40,565 nt of DNA from Ministeria vibrans ATCC 50519 (Eukaryota; Protista; Filasterea): positions 1-40,565 of the forward strand of contig CALSCP010001860.1 of the NCBI GenBank assembly GCA_943704425.1, written 5' to 3'. Shown piece after piece: positions 28,213 through 40,565 of the stretch. Position numbers and translations under genes: made by a program. Numbering within the stretch: the first letter of the stretch is position 1; each line of letters starts with the position of its first letter. The notes under the pieces were generated by a model, which saw only the letters and a list, made by a program, of their open reading frames with translations, was not told where the DNA came from and did not search any database.

Positions 28213-30210
28213 ATGGCGTCGTCAACGTCGTCACTGCCGCTGCGGCTCCCGCCCAGACCCTCGGCAGCGGCCGCGCCCCGCCGTGTGCTGGCGCCCAGTG
28301 TCGATTCGGCCTTCACCCTCAGTTCCCCGTCGAAACCGCCGCTGCCCTTTCCCGCCCCCACCGACAAGCGATACCGCGGCCACCATGTACGCTCCCTTAC
28401 TCTCTCTCTCTCTCTCTCCCGTCTCCTTCCCTCGCCCCTCTCCACATTCATTTCTTCTTGTCTCTTTCTTTCTTTTTTTTTTTTTTTAATGTGTATCGCT
28501 TTCGTTTTTCTTCCTTTCCTGAGTTGCCCATTTGACACCGCAGCTCCCCTTCCCCTGCAAAAAATAGAGTCTGTGCATTCCTGGATGATTCCCTCCTCGC
28601 CCTCGCTTTTGCTACGGTTCCTTTGCTGTTTTTCGCGTTCGGTCATATTCAAAAAAAAAAAAAAAAAAAAAAAAAAGAAACAGCGAAAGGGAAATTTCAC
28701 TTCTACTGCAACGGTGTTCTTCAGCTTTTCAAGTGTGCTGCCTTCTCTACATGAACTTTGTTCTGTGGCTGTACGAAGGGGCAGTTTTCGTGTGACTGTC
28801 TAGTGATACAGTCTGTTTTGTGTCGTTTTTTGTGGACCGTTGTCATGTCACCCTCCCAACACGTCTTGCTGTGGGGTGCGCCCAGCCGCGCGCGTGTTCG
28901 ATGGCTTACTCCCTGCTTTGTCTGTGTCTTGCAGCTGCTCAAGTCCATGTCGGTGAGTCTGGTGCGCACCTATCGTCGTGTTTCCGGCGGCTCCTACCTG
29001 TATGATCCTCAGACGCAGAATCCGCGGCGTGCCCTGACCAAGCCCAGCGAGGGTGTTGCCAACGACGGCTACGACAACAAAGAGGGCGACCTTATCCTCC
29101 ACGTAAACAGCGTGATTGGTCGAGAAGGCGAACGGTAACAAGAGAAAGAGAGGGGAAGGGTTAGAGAGAGAGAGAGAAAGGCTGTTGACGCGTGCCCTTG
29201 ATTTCAGATACATTGTATTGGACAACCTTGGTGCGGGCACCTTTGGAATGGTGTTTAAAGCACGACCCGTGGGTTCGCAAGATCTTGTTGCTATCAAAGT
29301 GGTCAAGAACAAAAAGGCCTACTACAAACAGAGCAGTGCCGAAGTGGCTACATTGGATTTGGTATATGGAGGTGTTGAAGAAACTCGCAATCACTCATTA
29401 GTGTTCCATGTGATTGACAGTTGAACAACCAGTACGACCCACGAGGAGTGCACCACATTGTGCGTATGCGCTCCAGCTTCATGTACCGCAACCATCTTTG
29501 TCTCATTTTTGAGCTGCTAAGTGTCAACATTTACGAACTCATTAAACAGGTCAGTTGGAAGCCGATGATAATAATAATAATAATGACGTTATTATTTCAC
29601 TCCATCGATTGTGTTGTATGTAACTATATTGACACTGTTTTCTCTCCCTTCAGAATCACTTTCGGGGTTTCTCGCTGAATCTGATTCGTCTGTTTCTGCG
29701 GCAAATTCTCGATGCAATGGCGGTCATCAAAGACGCTCGCATCATCCACTGTGATCTTAAACCCGAAAACCTGCTTCTCACAGAGTAAGAAGCAGTAGTG
29801 GGTGTGAATATATATATATATATATAAGCGTGTACGTGTGTGTGTGTGTGACTGATCAGTATTGCTTTAGTCTGAACCAGCCCAAGTTAAAAGTGATTGA
29901 CTTTGGCTCTGCATGTCGTGAGGGCCACACCACCTACACGTACATCCAGTCGCGCTTCTACCGCTCTCCCGAAGTTATCCTTAGACTCCCATACACCACA
30001 GCCATTGGTAAATGCATACTGCCTGAACAATACCTTATGTCACTCATTTTCTTTTCGTGTCTTGCAGACTGTTGGTCGCTCGGTTGCGTTGCTGCTGAAA
30101 TGTTTCTTGGCCTGCCTCTTTTTCCGGGAACTTGTGAATACGATCAAATGCGAAGAATGGTCGAACTCATAGGGTAAAAAATAAAAAAAGAGAGAGAGAG
30201 AGAAACAAAG

Positions 30211-30247
<37 letters not shown>

Positions 30248-31675
30248 CGCTCACACGCGCGCACTCTTGACTCGTACAACATACACTTACAATACTTCCA
30301 ACAAATCTTGTCTTGCAGTGTTCCTCCTGAGGAAATGCTCTTGCGCGCCACTGCGACCAAAAAGTTCTTTCGTCGCACTGTCGACAGTTCCGACAACAAA
30401 GTGTTTCGTCTCAAGGACGTCGTTCACTACGAACTCGTATGTTTCTGATTTATAATAATTATATAATTATATATATATATACTTTACTCACTTTCAATCC
30501 CTATTCAGGAAACGAACAAGCGAGTGAAACTGTCGAAACAGTATTTCAAATTGTCGTGTGTGAATGACATTGCGCGAGTGCGTCTGCCAAGCAAGGCCAG
30601 CGATGCAGAGAAGCACGAGCGGTCGTGCTTTGTGCACTTTCTTAGCGGTCTACTTGTATACGACGTGAGCAAGCGATGGACACCACGCCAGGCTATGCGT
30701 CACCCTTTCATCACCCGCGAGCCTTTCACTGGCTCCTTTGAACCCCCGCCAGCCCACGTTTGCGATGCCCCGTCTCTCCCCAAAATGGTCCAGCGTGCCC
30801 TTCAACGCTCTTCGTCAAACTCCCGTGAACGTGCCGCTTCCTCGTCGGGTGCAGAATGCCCCAAGGAGACGTCGCTGTCGTCAACGACCGCTACTGCTGC
30901 TGCCGCCGCCGCTGTGGCTGCTGCCACCGACGCCGTGTCTGCCGCTGCCTCGTCGTCGTCGACTGAAAAGGAAAAGATCCTCACTGTGACTGCAGTCGGC
31001 GTGCGTCTCACCAATGCACCTACTTCAAAGTCCGCGGACGCCACCCCCGCCACTACTACTCCTAAAACCACTGCTACTACTACTACCTCCACAAATTCTG
31101 CGTCCGCCCTGTCTGCTGCGGCCGTTATTGCAGCACGCGCCACACAGGACACATCATCTACCTCCAAACGCAGCAACTCCCTCATGCAGAACCCGTATGT
31201 GTCGCCCCAGAGCGCACGACGCCTGCCTCCCGCGCGTCATCCTTCAGCGCCTTCCGACGCTCCTTCTACCACGTCTGCCGCAGCCACAAAGCAGGCAGAA
31301 CTTCTCGCCGGTGTTCCTCGCCCCGCACCCGTTCACTCCAATCGCAAGGTCGAGTCTATCATGGAAGACACGACAGAACCAGTCGAGTCAAACTCCGACG
31401 CAACCATGACCGGTGATTCTGCAGCGAACACGTTGCTGAAAACAACAACAGCAGAAAAGAAGCCATTGCGTCGCATGCGCAGCAAGAGCACGAGCAAGAG
31501 CGACGCGCCTACAGATGCAGCTGCGGCACTCACGCTCAACGCACTTCCGTCAGGCGCGACTCTCGTTAGTGAGCGTGGCGACGAGCAAGTCTCTGGCAAG
31601 AAGGAACCCGCTCTCACGCTGGGGAACCTCCGCCGTGGAGACGATGATGTCTTTCACGAGATAACACACGTGTAA
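28213..31675 (+). CDS. YAK1: Yak1-subfamily DYRK kinase; multi-exon
   Basis: Yak-specific pre-kinase motif [30 protein letters not shown]; [55 protein letters not shown] (YxY loop); low-complexity Ser/Thr/Ala tail. Confidence 0.88.
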
Positions 31676-32099
31676 TTCTGTACATTTCAACACCTCAACT
31701 CTAAAAATATTTTGACTGGGATTCATTACGCATTAGACTCCGTTTGTTCGCTTTCAAGTCAAAGTGGCACTTCAAAAGAAGTCACCAATTGGAAATGTCT
31801 TCTTGGTCTTCACACTAAAATTACTTCCTTATTTGAATAATTTTGAAATCTCAAAAAGTTTGTTTACACAGTTTTTATTCTTTGTTTGAAATCACGTCAT
31901 CATCTACTTTGTCAACACTGTAAAGAGGGTGCACGAGTGGGCAATTTCACAACCAGTAGGTTTCCGTTTTTTTTTTTTTTTCTGTGTGTGTGACGTCGTT
32001 TTGCCCTCAGAGTTATTTGGACAGGAATTCATCGCACTGTCACCAACCGTAGCGTCGTCGATTCGAGCGGGAGGCTCCACCACGTCCACGGTGGACCCA

Positions 32100-33197
32100 A
32101 TGACGGGCCTCTCCAGCTCGCCGTCGTCGCTTGAGAGCGGTGAGGCGCTGCTCTCTGCACTCGTTCACGACGACAATCCTCAAACGCGAGTCGTTTCCAT
32201 CCGCCAAATTCGCGACCGCGTTCGCGAGTCGTCAGGGTCCATCTGTATTGGTGTTGGCGTTGCAAGGTATTGCCAATTTTTCACTCCTCTCCGCTCCGTT
32301 TTCGGGTTCGTTTCGCCCCTTGTTTTCGCCGTCGCAAAGTGACAACCATTGACAGCGCCACAAAAAAAACTTGAATCCTTATCGTTGGCGCGCCACCTCG
32401 TCGTCTTTGTAGCCGGTTTCATTTTCATCTCCCGTACATAAGTGGCAGCTTTCTCTCTCTCTCTCTCTCTATCTTATTCTCTCTCAATTCTATATCTCGA
32501 ATTTTTCGATTATCACTGATTGTTTTCATTCACCCTCTCTCTTTCTCTCTCTTTTCCAGAGTTATGAAAACAATTGCAAGCTTTGTAAATGACAAGTCGG
32601 CCGAGGTACGGTCGCACGCATTGAGTTTTCTGTATGAGACGGTCGCACAACATCCAGTCGAAGCGGAGTGTTGCATTAATGCACTCGTCGTTGCCATGGG
32701 CGACTACAAGGCGGCCTTGCGTCGTGGTGCCGTTGCCACGCTTGCTTTGTACCTCTCGAGAGTGGGCAATAACTTTGCGCCGCTCGCGCGTGCTATTGCC
32801 AACGAGGGTCTCACCCACAGCGACTGGCACGTTCGCGTCGAAACCGCACACTCATTGGCATCGCTCTTGCGTGCACCCTGTCACTCCGATCCTCCCACCG
32901 CACTCAACGCCCTCGTTGAGCGTCTTTTCTCGTTGCTGCGCGATCCCGTCGACGACGTTGTCACCGCAGCCTACCGCTCGCTCGACTACACTGAGTCGGT
33001 CCTAGGGCAGGCAACTTTTGCGCGTCATTCGAGCGGTGTTGATCCATTGCACCTCCGCATCTTCCATATGCTCAAGGAGCGCGCCGAATTAGGCAAGGGC
33101 ACGCCCAAGAAACTCAAAGAACGTCCATTGGCGCCTATCACAACAGATCCCACATTAGGACTGCTTGTCGCTCGTGATCGTCGTCACCACCACCACC

Positions 33198-33240
<43 letters not shown>

Positions 33241-36200
33241 CCACCACCACCACCACCAACAACAACAACACGAACAACAATATCCTCCCTCAACGGCAAA
33301 TTCGGGCCTCTCAGCCGTTTCTTCAACCAACACAGGGCACTTCAGCGTCTCCACCACTGCCACCACTCCCGCACCAGCAGCACAAGTGACCCTAAATCCA
33401 ATCCTCAATGGCATTGCAACAACAGCATCAATGGCAGACGTACGCCCTCCTCCTCCAGTCACCGCCTCCACTTTCTCATCATCCTCGTCGTCCCTGCCCC
33501 GCCGCCCACCCGCTACCCACGAAACCATCTGGGGCTTCTTGTCCGCCTCGGCTGTCTACAAACTGCGCCACGCCGACGACTACAACGAGCGCGTGGCGGC
33601 CGCTGAGGACTGTCTCGCCGCGTGCAAGGCCCTCACCGACGCTTCCGTATTTCACCGCGACGCCCGTCCTCTCATGGACTTTTTTGCGTCACTCACGCGC
33701 GACTCCAACTTCACCATTGTCCTGACGGCCCTGCACATCCTACGCGTGCTCATCAATCGGCTCTCCGAAGGCGATGCAGAGCTCCTCCTTGACCTGCTTG
33801 TGCCGCCCCTCATGGAGCGTCTAGGCGACACCAAGATTGTCATCCGCCAGGCCAACAACCAGGTCGTGCGTGAGCTCATCCGCTCTTTGGGCACTCCTTT
33901 GCCCCTCCTCGCGCGTCTCTTGGCCGACGTTGCAGGCCAGGCCAACTGGCACGTCCGCGAAGAAATCCTCAACACAACCATTGCGACCGTTGTCACCTTC
34001 CCAACTGCCAAGTACTCCTTCTCACACATCCTCAGTCAGGCACTCGCCTGCCTCAACGATCCAAAACACCGCGTCCGCTTCGTCGCCGGCGAACTCATTG
34101 CGGTCGTCGCGTCGCTCACCAGTCCCGAAGAGGTCTTTGCCATGCCCGACTCGCACACACACCACGAGATGCTTAGCCGGCGCTTCTCGGACTCGCAACT
34201 GCCGCGCGTCGACGTTGACGGTCTCGTGGAACACCCGAGCCTGCGCTCCAACGGCCCGACTGCCCTTTCACGCTCCAACAGCACCTCTGGCAGCACTACT
34301 CACTCCAACATCCTCCGTCGCATGTCCGCCGCAAGTCGAACCTCCCCTCTTCAGTCCGAGGCTGTCCCCGAAGGCCACGCGTCAACCACAGCCAATTATC
34401 ATGAACACAGCGCTAGCGAGCCACCATCTACAAATGTCACGTTTAACACCGGCCGTCGTGGCTCTCGCTCCTCATCCGCCACCAATAAGCTTCCCTGGAC
34501 TCGCATCGACGACCAGTACTCCCTATCAACCTCGCGCGCCAATGGCTCCAGTACAGTAATGTCATCTCAACGTTCCGCGCCCAATGATCCGCTGAGGTCT
34601 GCCACATCGTCTGCGTCAACTGCCATCCCCGCCACCTCGTCGTCATCCACCTGCTCCTCAGCGACCTCCGCCGTCCGTCTGCCCACCCTCGCTCGCTCTC
34701 CTCCTCCCGTTCCATCGCTCTCTACATCTACCGCTAATGCCTCTTCACGCACGCTTCGTCGCAAGGGCTCCCTCTCCAACATGCCCTTCCCGCCCCGTCG
34801 CGGCTCCACGACCGGCAGCGACACTGACGCGCAACAGCCCATGAGTCGGACTGCGCGTGCCCGCCCCAACTCAGCCTCCCGACAAACCAACAGTGCTAAC
34901 ACTAGCAGCAGCAGTAGTGCTCAGCCCGTTGCCACCAGCACCACGTCCTACCAACAGCAATTCAATCCACCCATCATCCGTCTGCGCCAGTCCACGTCTA
35001 CCTCCCTCTATCGCAGCCTTGGCAACCACTCGTCAAACCCTGTGGCCAGCAGTGCTACCCACGGCACCTCAGCTGTTTCCTCATCATTGCCTCATCACAG
35101 TGGAAGTGGCACCAACAGCAACGCTAGCACTCCTACGTCACGATCCCTCGCGTCTACACTCACAGCCAGTCAACCCGCGCCCATCGTCTCCCCGGCGCCC
35201 CGTCACCTGCCTCCTACCTTCCCCGTCACAGGCGGCGACCGCATTGCCCGCACACCCCCCGAGCAGCATCGCCATCACTTGCCTCGACACCTGCACGCCA
35301 CCAGCCATGCAAGCGACAACGACACGACAAGCGACTCGCACGACAACGACGACGGCGACGACCAGGTGGACCCAGCGGTTGTTCCAGGTCAACTGCGCAC
35401 CCTTCGTGGTCGCATCGAAGAGCGTCGCTCGGCATCTCGCTCACGCACTTCCCCCGACGACACCATGGGTCCGCCTGCAGGCGCATCCACCTACTACGGC
35501 GGCAACCTATCGCCCGAACAGTCCGATGAGAGCACGTCAATGTCAAGTACGACGTCGGGTGCTCCTTCCAAGAAACGTCCGGCCGGCCACCGGCTCTCTG
35601 CGGCCACTCTGAGTCGCATGGCCGCGCGTGAAAAGGAAAAGCAACAACAGCTGCAACAGCAACAGCAACAGCAACAGAGACACGGCACGTCGCAACACTA
35701 TCAAGAGAGTCGCCACACGACGGCAGGCGACAGTGCCTACTCAACTCTGGTGCCGGAGCAAAGCCGTGTTACGAGCGGCACGCGCAGTGGTCGTGACCAG
35801 ACAGGAACACCGGCACGCAAGGGGGGCCTCACGCGTGCTAAGACAACCATGGCATCGTCGTCGACGCCGTCGTCGGCCAGTCGCCACTCGGCATCGCGCA
35901 CCATGTCGTCGACGGTCAACTACTGCGACGAGGACGAGCTGGAGCCCTTCTTGCAGCCCCAGAAGGAACTCACGTTTGCGTTGGGGCATCTGGCCAAAGA
36001 CGACTGGACCGACAAGACGGATGGTCTTATGAGTGTGCGGCGACTAGCTCTGCATCATGCGCCCGTTCTGCTCGGGGACCTCAAGACGGTGGTGGCCGCA
36101 GTGTGTCGCGAAGTGCCCAATTTGCGCTCGACGGTGAGTCGAGTAGCGCTTGTTGCGCTGGGGGATCTGTTCCGTGGGTGCGGTCGCGCGATGGAGACGG

Positions 36201-37663
36201 AGCTGGAGAAGACAACGGCGACACTGATGAAGCGAGCGGGAGAGGCCAATGCCTTCCTCATTGAACAGGTGGAGCGCTCCCTGGGCGAGATGATTGACAA
36301 TGCATCGCCCTCGCGCGTGCTTCCAGTGCTCGCGGGGTATGCGCAGCACAAAAACGCTCAGGTGCGCCGTCTGGCGGCGTCGGCGACGGCAGACACGCTT
36401 GAGCGGACGGGTGCACAACTGACGGCCAAGGATCGCGAGCGCTCGCTGACAACCGTCGCTCAGTTTGCAATGGACGCCAATGCAGACGCACGTCACTCAG
36501 GGCGTCGCTGTCTCTATATGCTCAGCAGCTTTGGGTCGCCCGGTGAGCTAGAGCGACAGATCGACCGACTGCCGGACCAGTCGAATGCGCGGCGATTGCG
36601 CGATACAGTCGCTCAGTTGCGCACCTCGCGTGGAGTCGGTGCGCCGCCCAAGGGGTACCGGCAAAACTCAAGCCACCGACACATGAGTATAGGTGGTGGT
36701 AGCAGTACTAGTGTGGTCAGGGCCGGAGTAGACGGCGGCGACGGCGGTGAGGCAAGCGCGTACCAGGACAACAGTCGTCTGTGTGTGGTCGGCAAGGGCA
36801 GTCCTGACCACCCTAGTCCTCCCTCATACTCGACCACCGGCTCGAAGCACCACTCTCACTCTTCGGCGCATGTGCGCCGCAAAGCAAGCCACGTGCAGCC
36901 GAGCGAGCTGGAGACGCTACCGGGACTGCTCACTGCGATGGCGGCCAGCGATTTCCGCTCTCGTCATGATGCCATCCGCCAGCTCGCACAGCTCATGGAG
37001 CACCACAGCCATCTCGTGTCTCCCGCCGACTCGGTGCGCTTCTGGGATGTGTTTGTCCTCCGTCTCTCCGACGCAAACTCAAAGGTGCTGGTCGCTGCAC
37101 TCCACGCCTGTCCCTCCCTCATTCTTCAGCTCAAGGTACAACAACGCATGTCAATGCAACATCATAAACTAAACATCATAGTAATAAATTAATATATTTA
37201 TAAAATACAAATGTGTTTGTAGGATCACTTTGAGTCGCCCGTCGTGACTATGCTCGTGCAAGGGCTAGTGTCGAATCTGGGTGGTTCGCTGGACGAGGTG
37301 CGTAGACTGGCCGGGACGGCACTGGACACGCTGGGGATGCACGCGCACCCACAGCACAGTGTGCCTGCCTTTGCGAGTGCCGTCACCCATGGCAATGTGC
37401 GTGTTAAGCCCGTCATGGCTGACAAGCTGTGTGCGCTGCTTGTGTCACGTGCTGGCACCTCGAGTTCGCTAGGTCCGGCACTTCTCACTAAACATGTGGT
37501 GCCCGTTGCGCTTGAGCTGCTCAACACGGCACGCTCCCCTGAGCTCGTTGCGAGCGCGAGTCAATTGCTGCGCTTCCTTCACACTCGTGTGCGCGATGCG
37601 CTCTTTCGCCACGCCGATCGTCTTCCAGTGCATACGCAAGAGCGCTTGAGGGCCCTCCTCTAA
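32100..37663 (+). CDS. TOGARAM1: TOG-array ciliary microtubule regulator (crescerin/FAM179/TOGARAM type); 3 exons
   Basis: HEAT/TOG motifs SDWHVRVE, DSNFTIV, RLGDTKIVIRQ, NWHVREE, then a long Ser-rich linker, then DDWTDKTDGLMSVRRL, VPNLRSTVSR, EANAFL, SDFRSR, RLSDANSKV (2+2 TOG layout). Introns 32267-32559 and 37136-37222. Confidence 0.8.
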
Positions 37664-37772
37664 TGTACAAAGTACTTCTGTACTATATTTTAACAGTCGA
37701 TGAAAGAATGAAGATAATTGTCAAATTGAATCATTTCACACTTTCTTTGTTTGAGTTTGTTTTCATCGCTAA

Positions 37773-39548
<1,776 letters not shown>

Positions 39549-39683
39549 AAACAAAAAAAGCGAAACAACCAACCTTTTCTTCTTTATCAAATCCACACAC
39601 ACACACATACGAAGCACACAATCAGGACATACACACACGCAGAGAGACACACACACACACTTGAACCAAAACAAAAAGAGAAA

Positions 39684-40184
39684 TCACTTGTCGCGACGGA
39701 AGCGACCGAGCCAGCCACCGGAGGTCTTGACCTCCGACTCGCGGATGGCCTTGAGCTCATTGCTGTGTTCCTCCGCCTTCACTTTGTACTCCACCAACTG
39801 CAACTGTTGGGGGTACATCGCTTGTCAGTTTTTCTCTCTTCCTTTATTTCTTGTGCATGTGCGTGCTGTTACCTTTGCCGAGGCGAGTTCTACTTCTGCC
39901 TTGCGCAGTTTCTTCTCCAGCTCAATCACTTTGGCTTCCGCTGAGCCTTCTTCCGGTGGAGGCTAAACACACACGCGCACGCACACCAATGAGACAATCA
40001 GAACACCCCTTGTTTTCCAATTGCTTTTTGGAATTTTCGTACTTGTTGGGCCTTTTCAGCAAGTTCGCGACAGAACAGTTTGAGCTCATTGACCTCCAAA
40101 CGCAGTCGATCATTGTCCACTTCCGCATCCTCCAGCTCGCTCTTAGTCTGTTCTTGCACTCTACACACACACAAAGAAGGAGAG

Positions 40185-40242
<58 letters not shown>

Positions 40243-40439
40243 GTGTCACGCTCGATTTTAGTCTCTTTGTTGTGTGTGATTTGTGTGTACCGAACAAGCT
40301 CCTTCTCTGCTTCGTCGCGCTTTGAGTCAGCCATCACCACTGCCTCTTTGCACTTGTTCTTAAACCGCCGCATTGCACTCTTCAGTGCCTCGTGCTGCGT
40401 CTTGGTCTCCTCAAGCTCACCCGACAGCTGAGACTTCTC
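39684..40439 (-). CDS. 3' four exons of a coiled-coil protein resembling the RABGAP1/EVI5 TBC-GAP C-terminus; continues beyond the window
   Basis: Spliced: ...DEAEKELVR|VQEQTKSELEDAEVDNDRLRLEVNELKLFCRELAEKAQQ|...VIELEKKLRKAEVELASAK|LQLVEYKVKAEEHSNEL...GGWLGRFRRDK-stop. Resembles the recalled RABGAP1 segment ELELAQTKLQLVE...WF. Confidence 0.5.
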
Positions 40440-40463
40440 CTACAAACACACACACACGTGCGC

Positions 40464-40565
<102 letters not shown>

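Noticed and set aside
24140-33280. PolyQ/H tracts in MYRF (about 24140-24300) and TOGARAM (about 33185-33280)
   Set aside because: CAA/CAC microsatellite-derived low complexity, in keeping with the repeat-rich genome; not locus-specific.

Overview
Intron-rich, very gene-dense eukaryotic DNA. CDSs are GC-rich, intergenic spacers are short and AT-rich, introns are full of (GA)n/(CA)n/(ATT)n, and proteins carry CAA-encoded polyQ. Style and gene content suggest a choanoflagellate-like holozoan (Salpingoeca-like; inference only). Genes in order: TPP1/sedolisin (-), perilipin-like (-), Custos-like (+), bystin 5' exons (+), secreted PI-PLC-X (+), unknown secreted protein (-), PPT1 (-), two tandem Hsp20 genes with heat-shock elements (+), 5'-truncated acyloxyacyl hydrolase (-), bystin 3' exons (+), type II glycosyltransferase-like protein (+), SLC12A9 (-), MYRF (+), Yak1 kinase (+), TOGARAM/crescerin (+), MRPS2 (+), and the 3' end of a RABGAP1-like coiled-coil gene (-). 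Two features stand out. (1) A MYRF self-cleaving membrane-tethered transcription factor has an unusual receptor-like luminal region: bacterial-type Ig fold, two EGF-like repeats, an MRF_C2-like domain and an Ala/Pro/Thr tail. (2) The bystin gene is split by a 9,151-nt apparent intron holding six other genes; this is either a remarkable nested cluster or a microsatellite-mediated misassembly. All family calls come from motifs recognised by eye, with no database searches, and exon boundaries were inferred manually.
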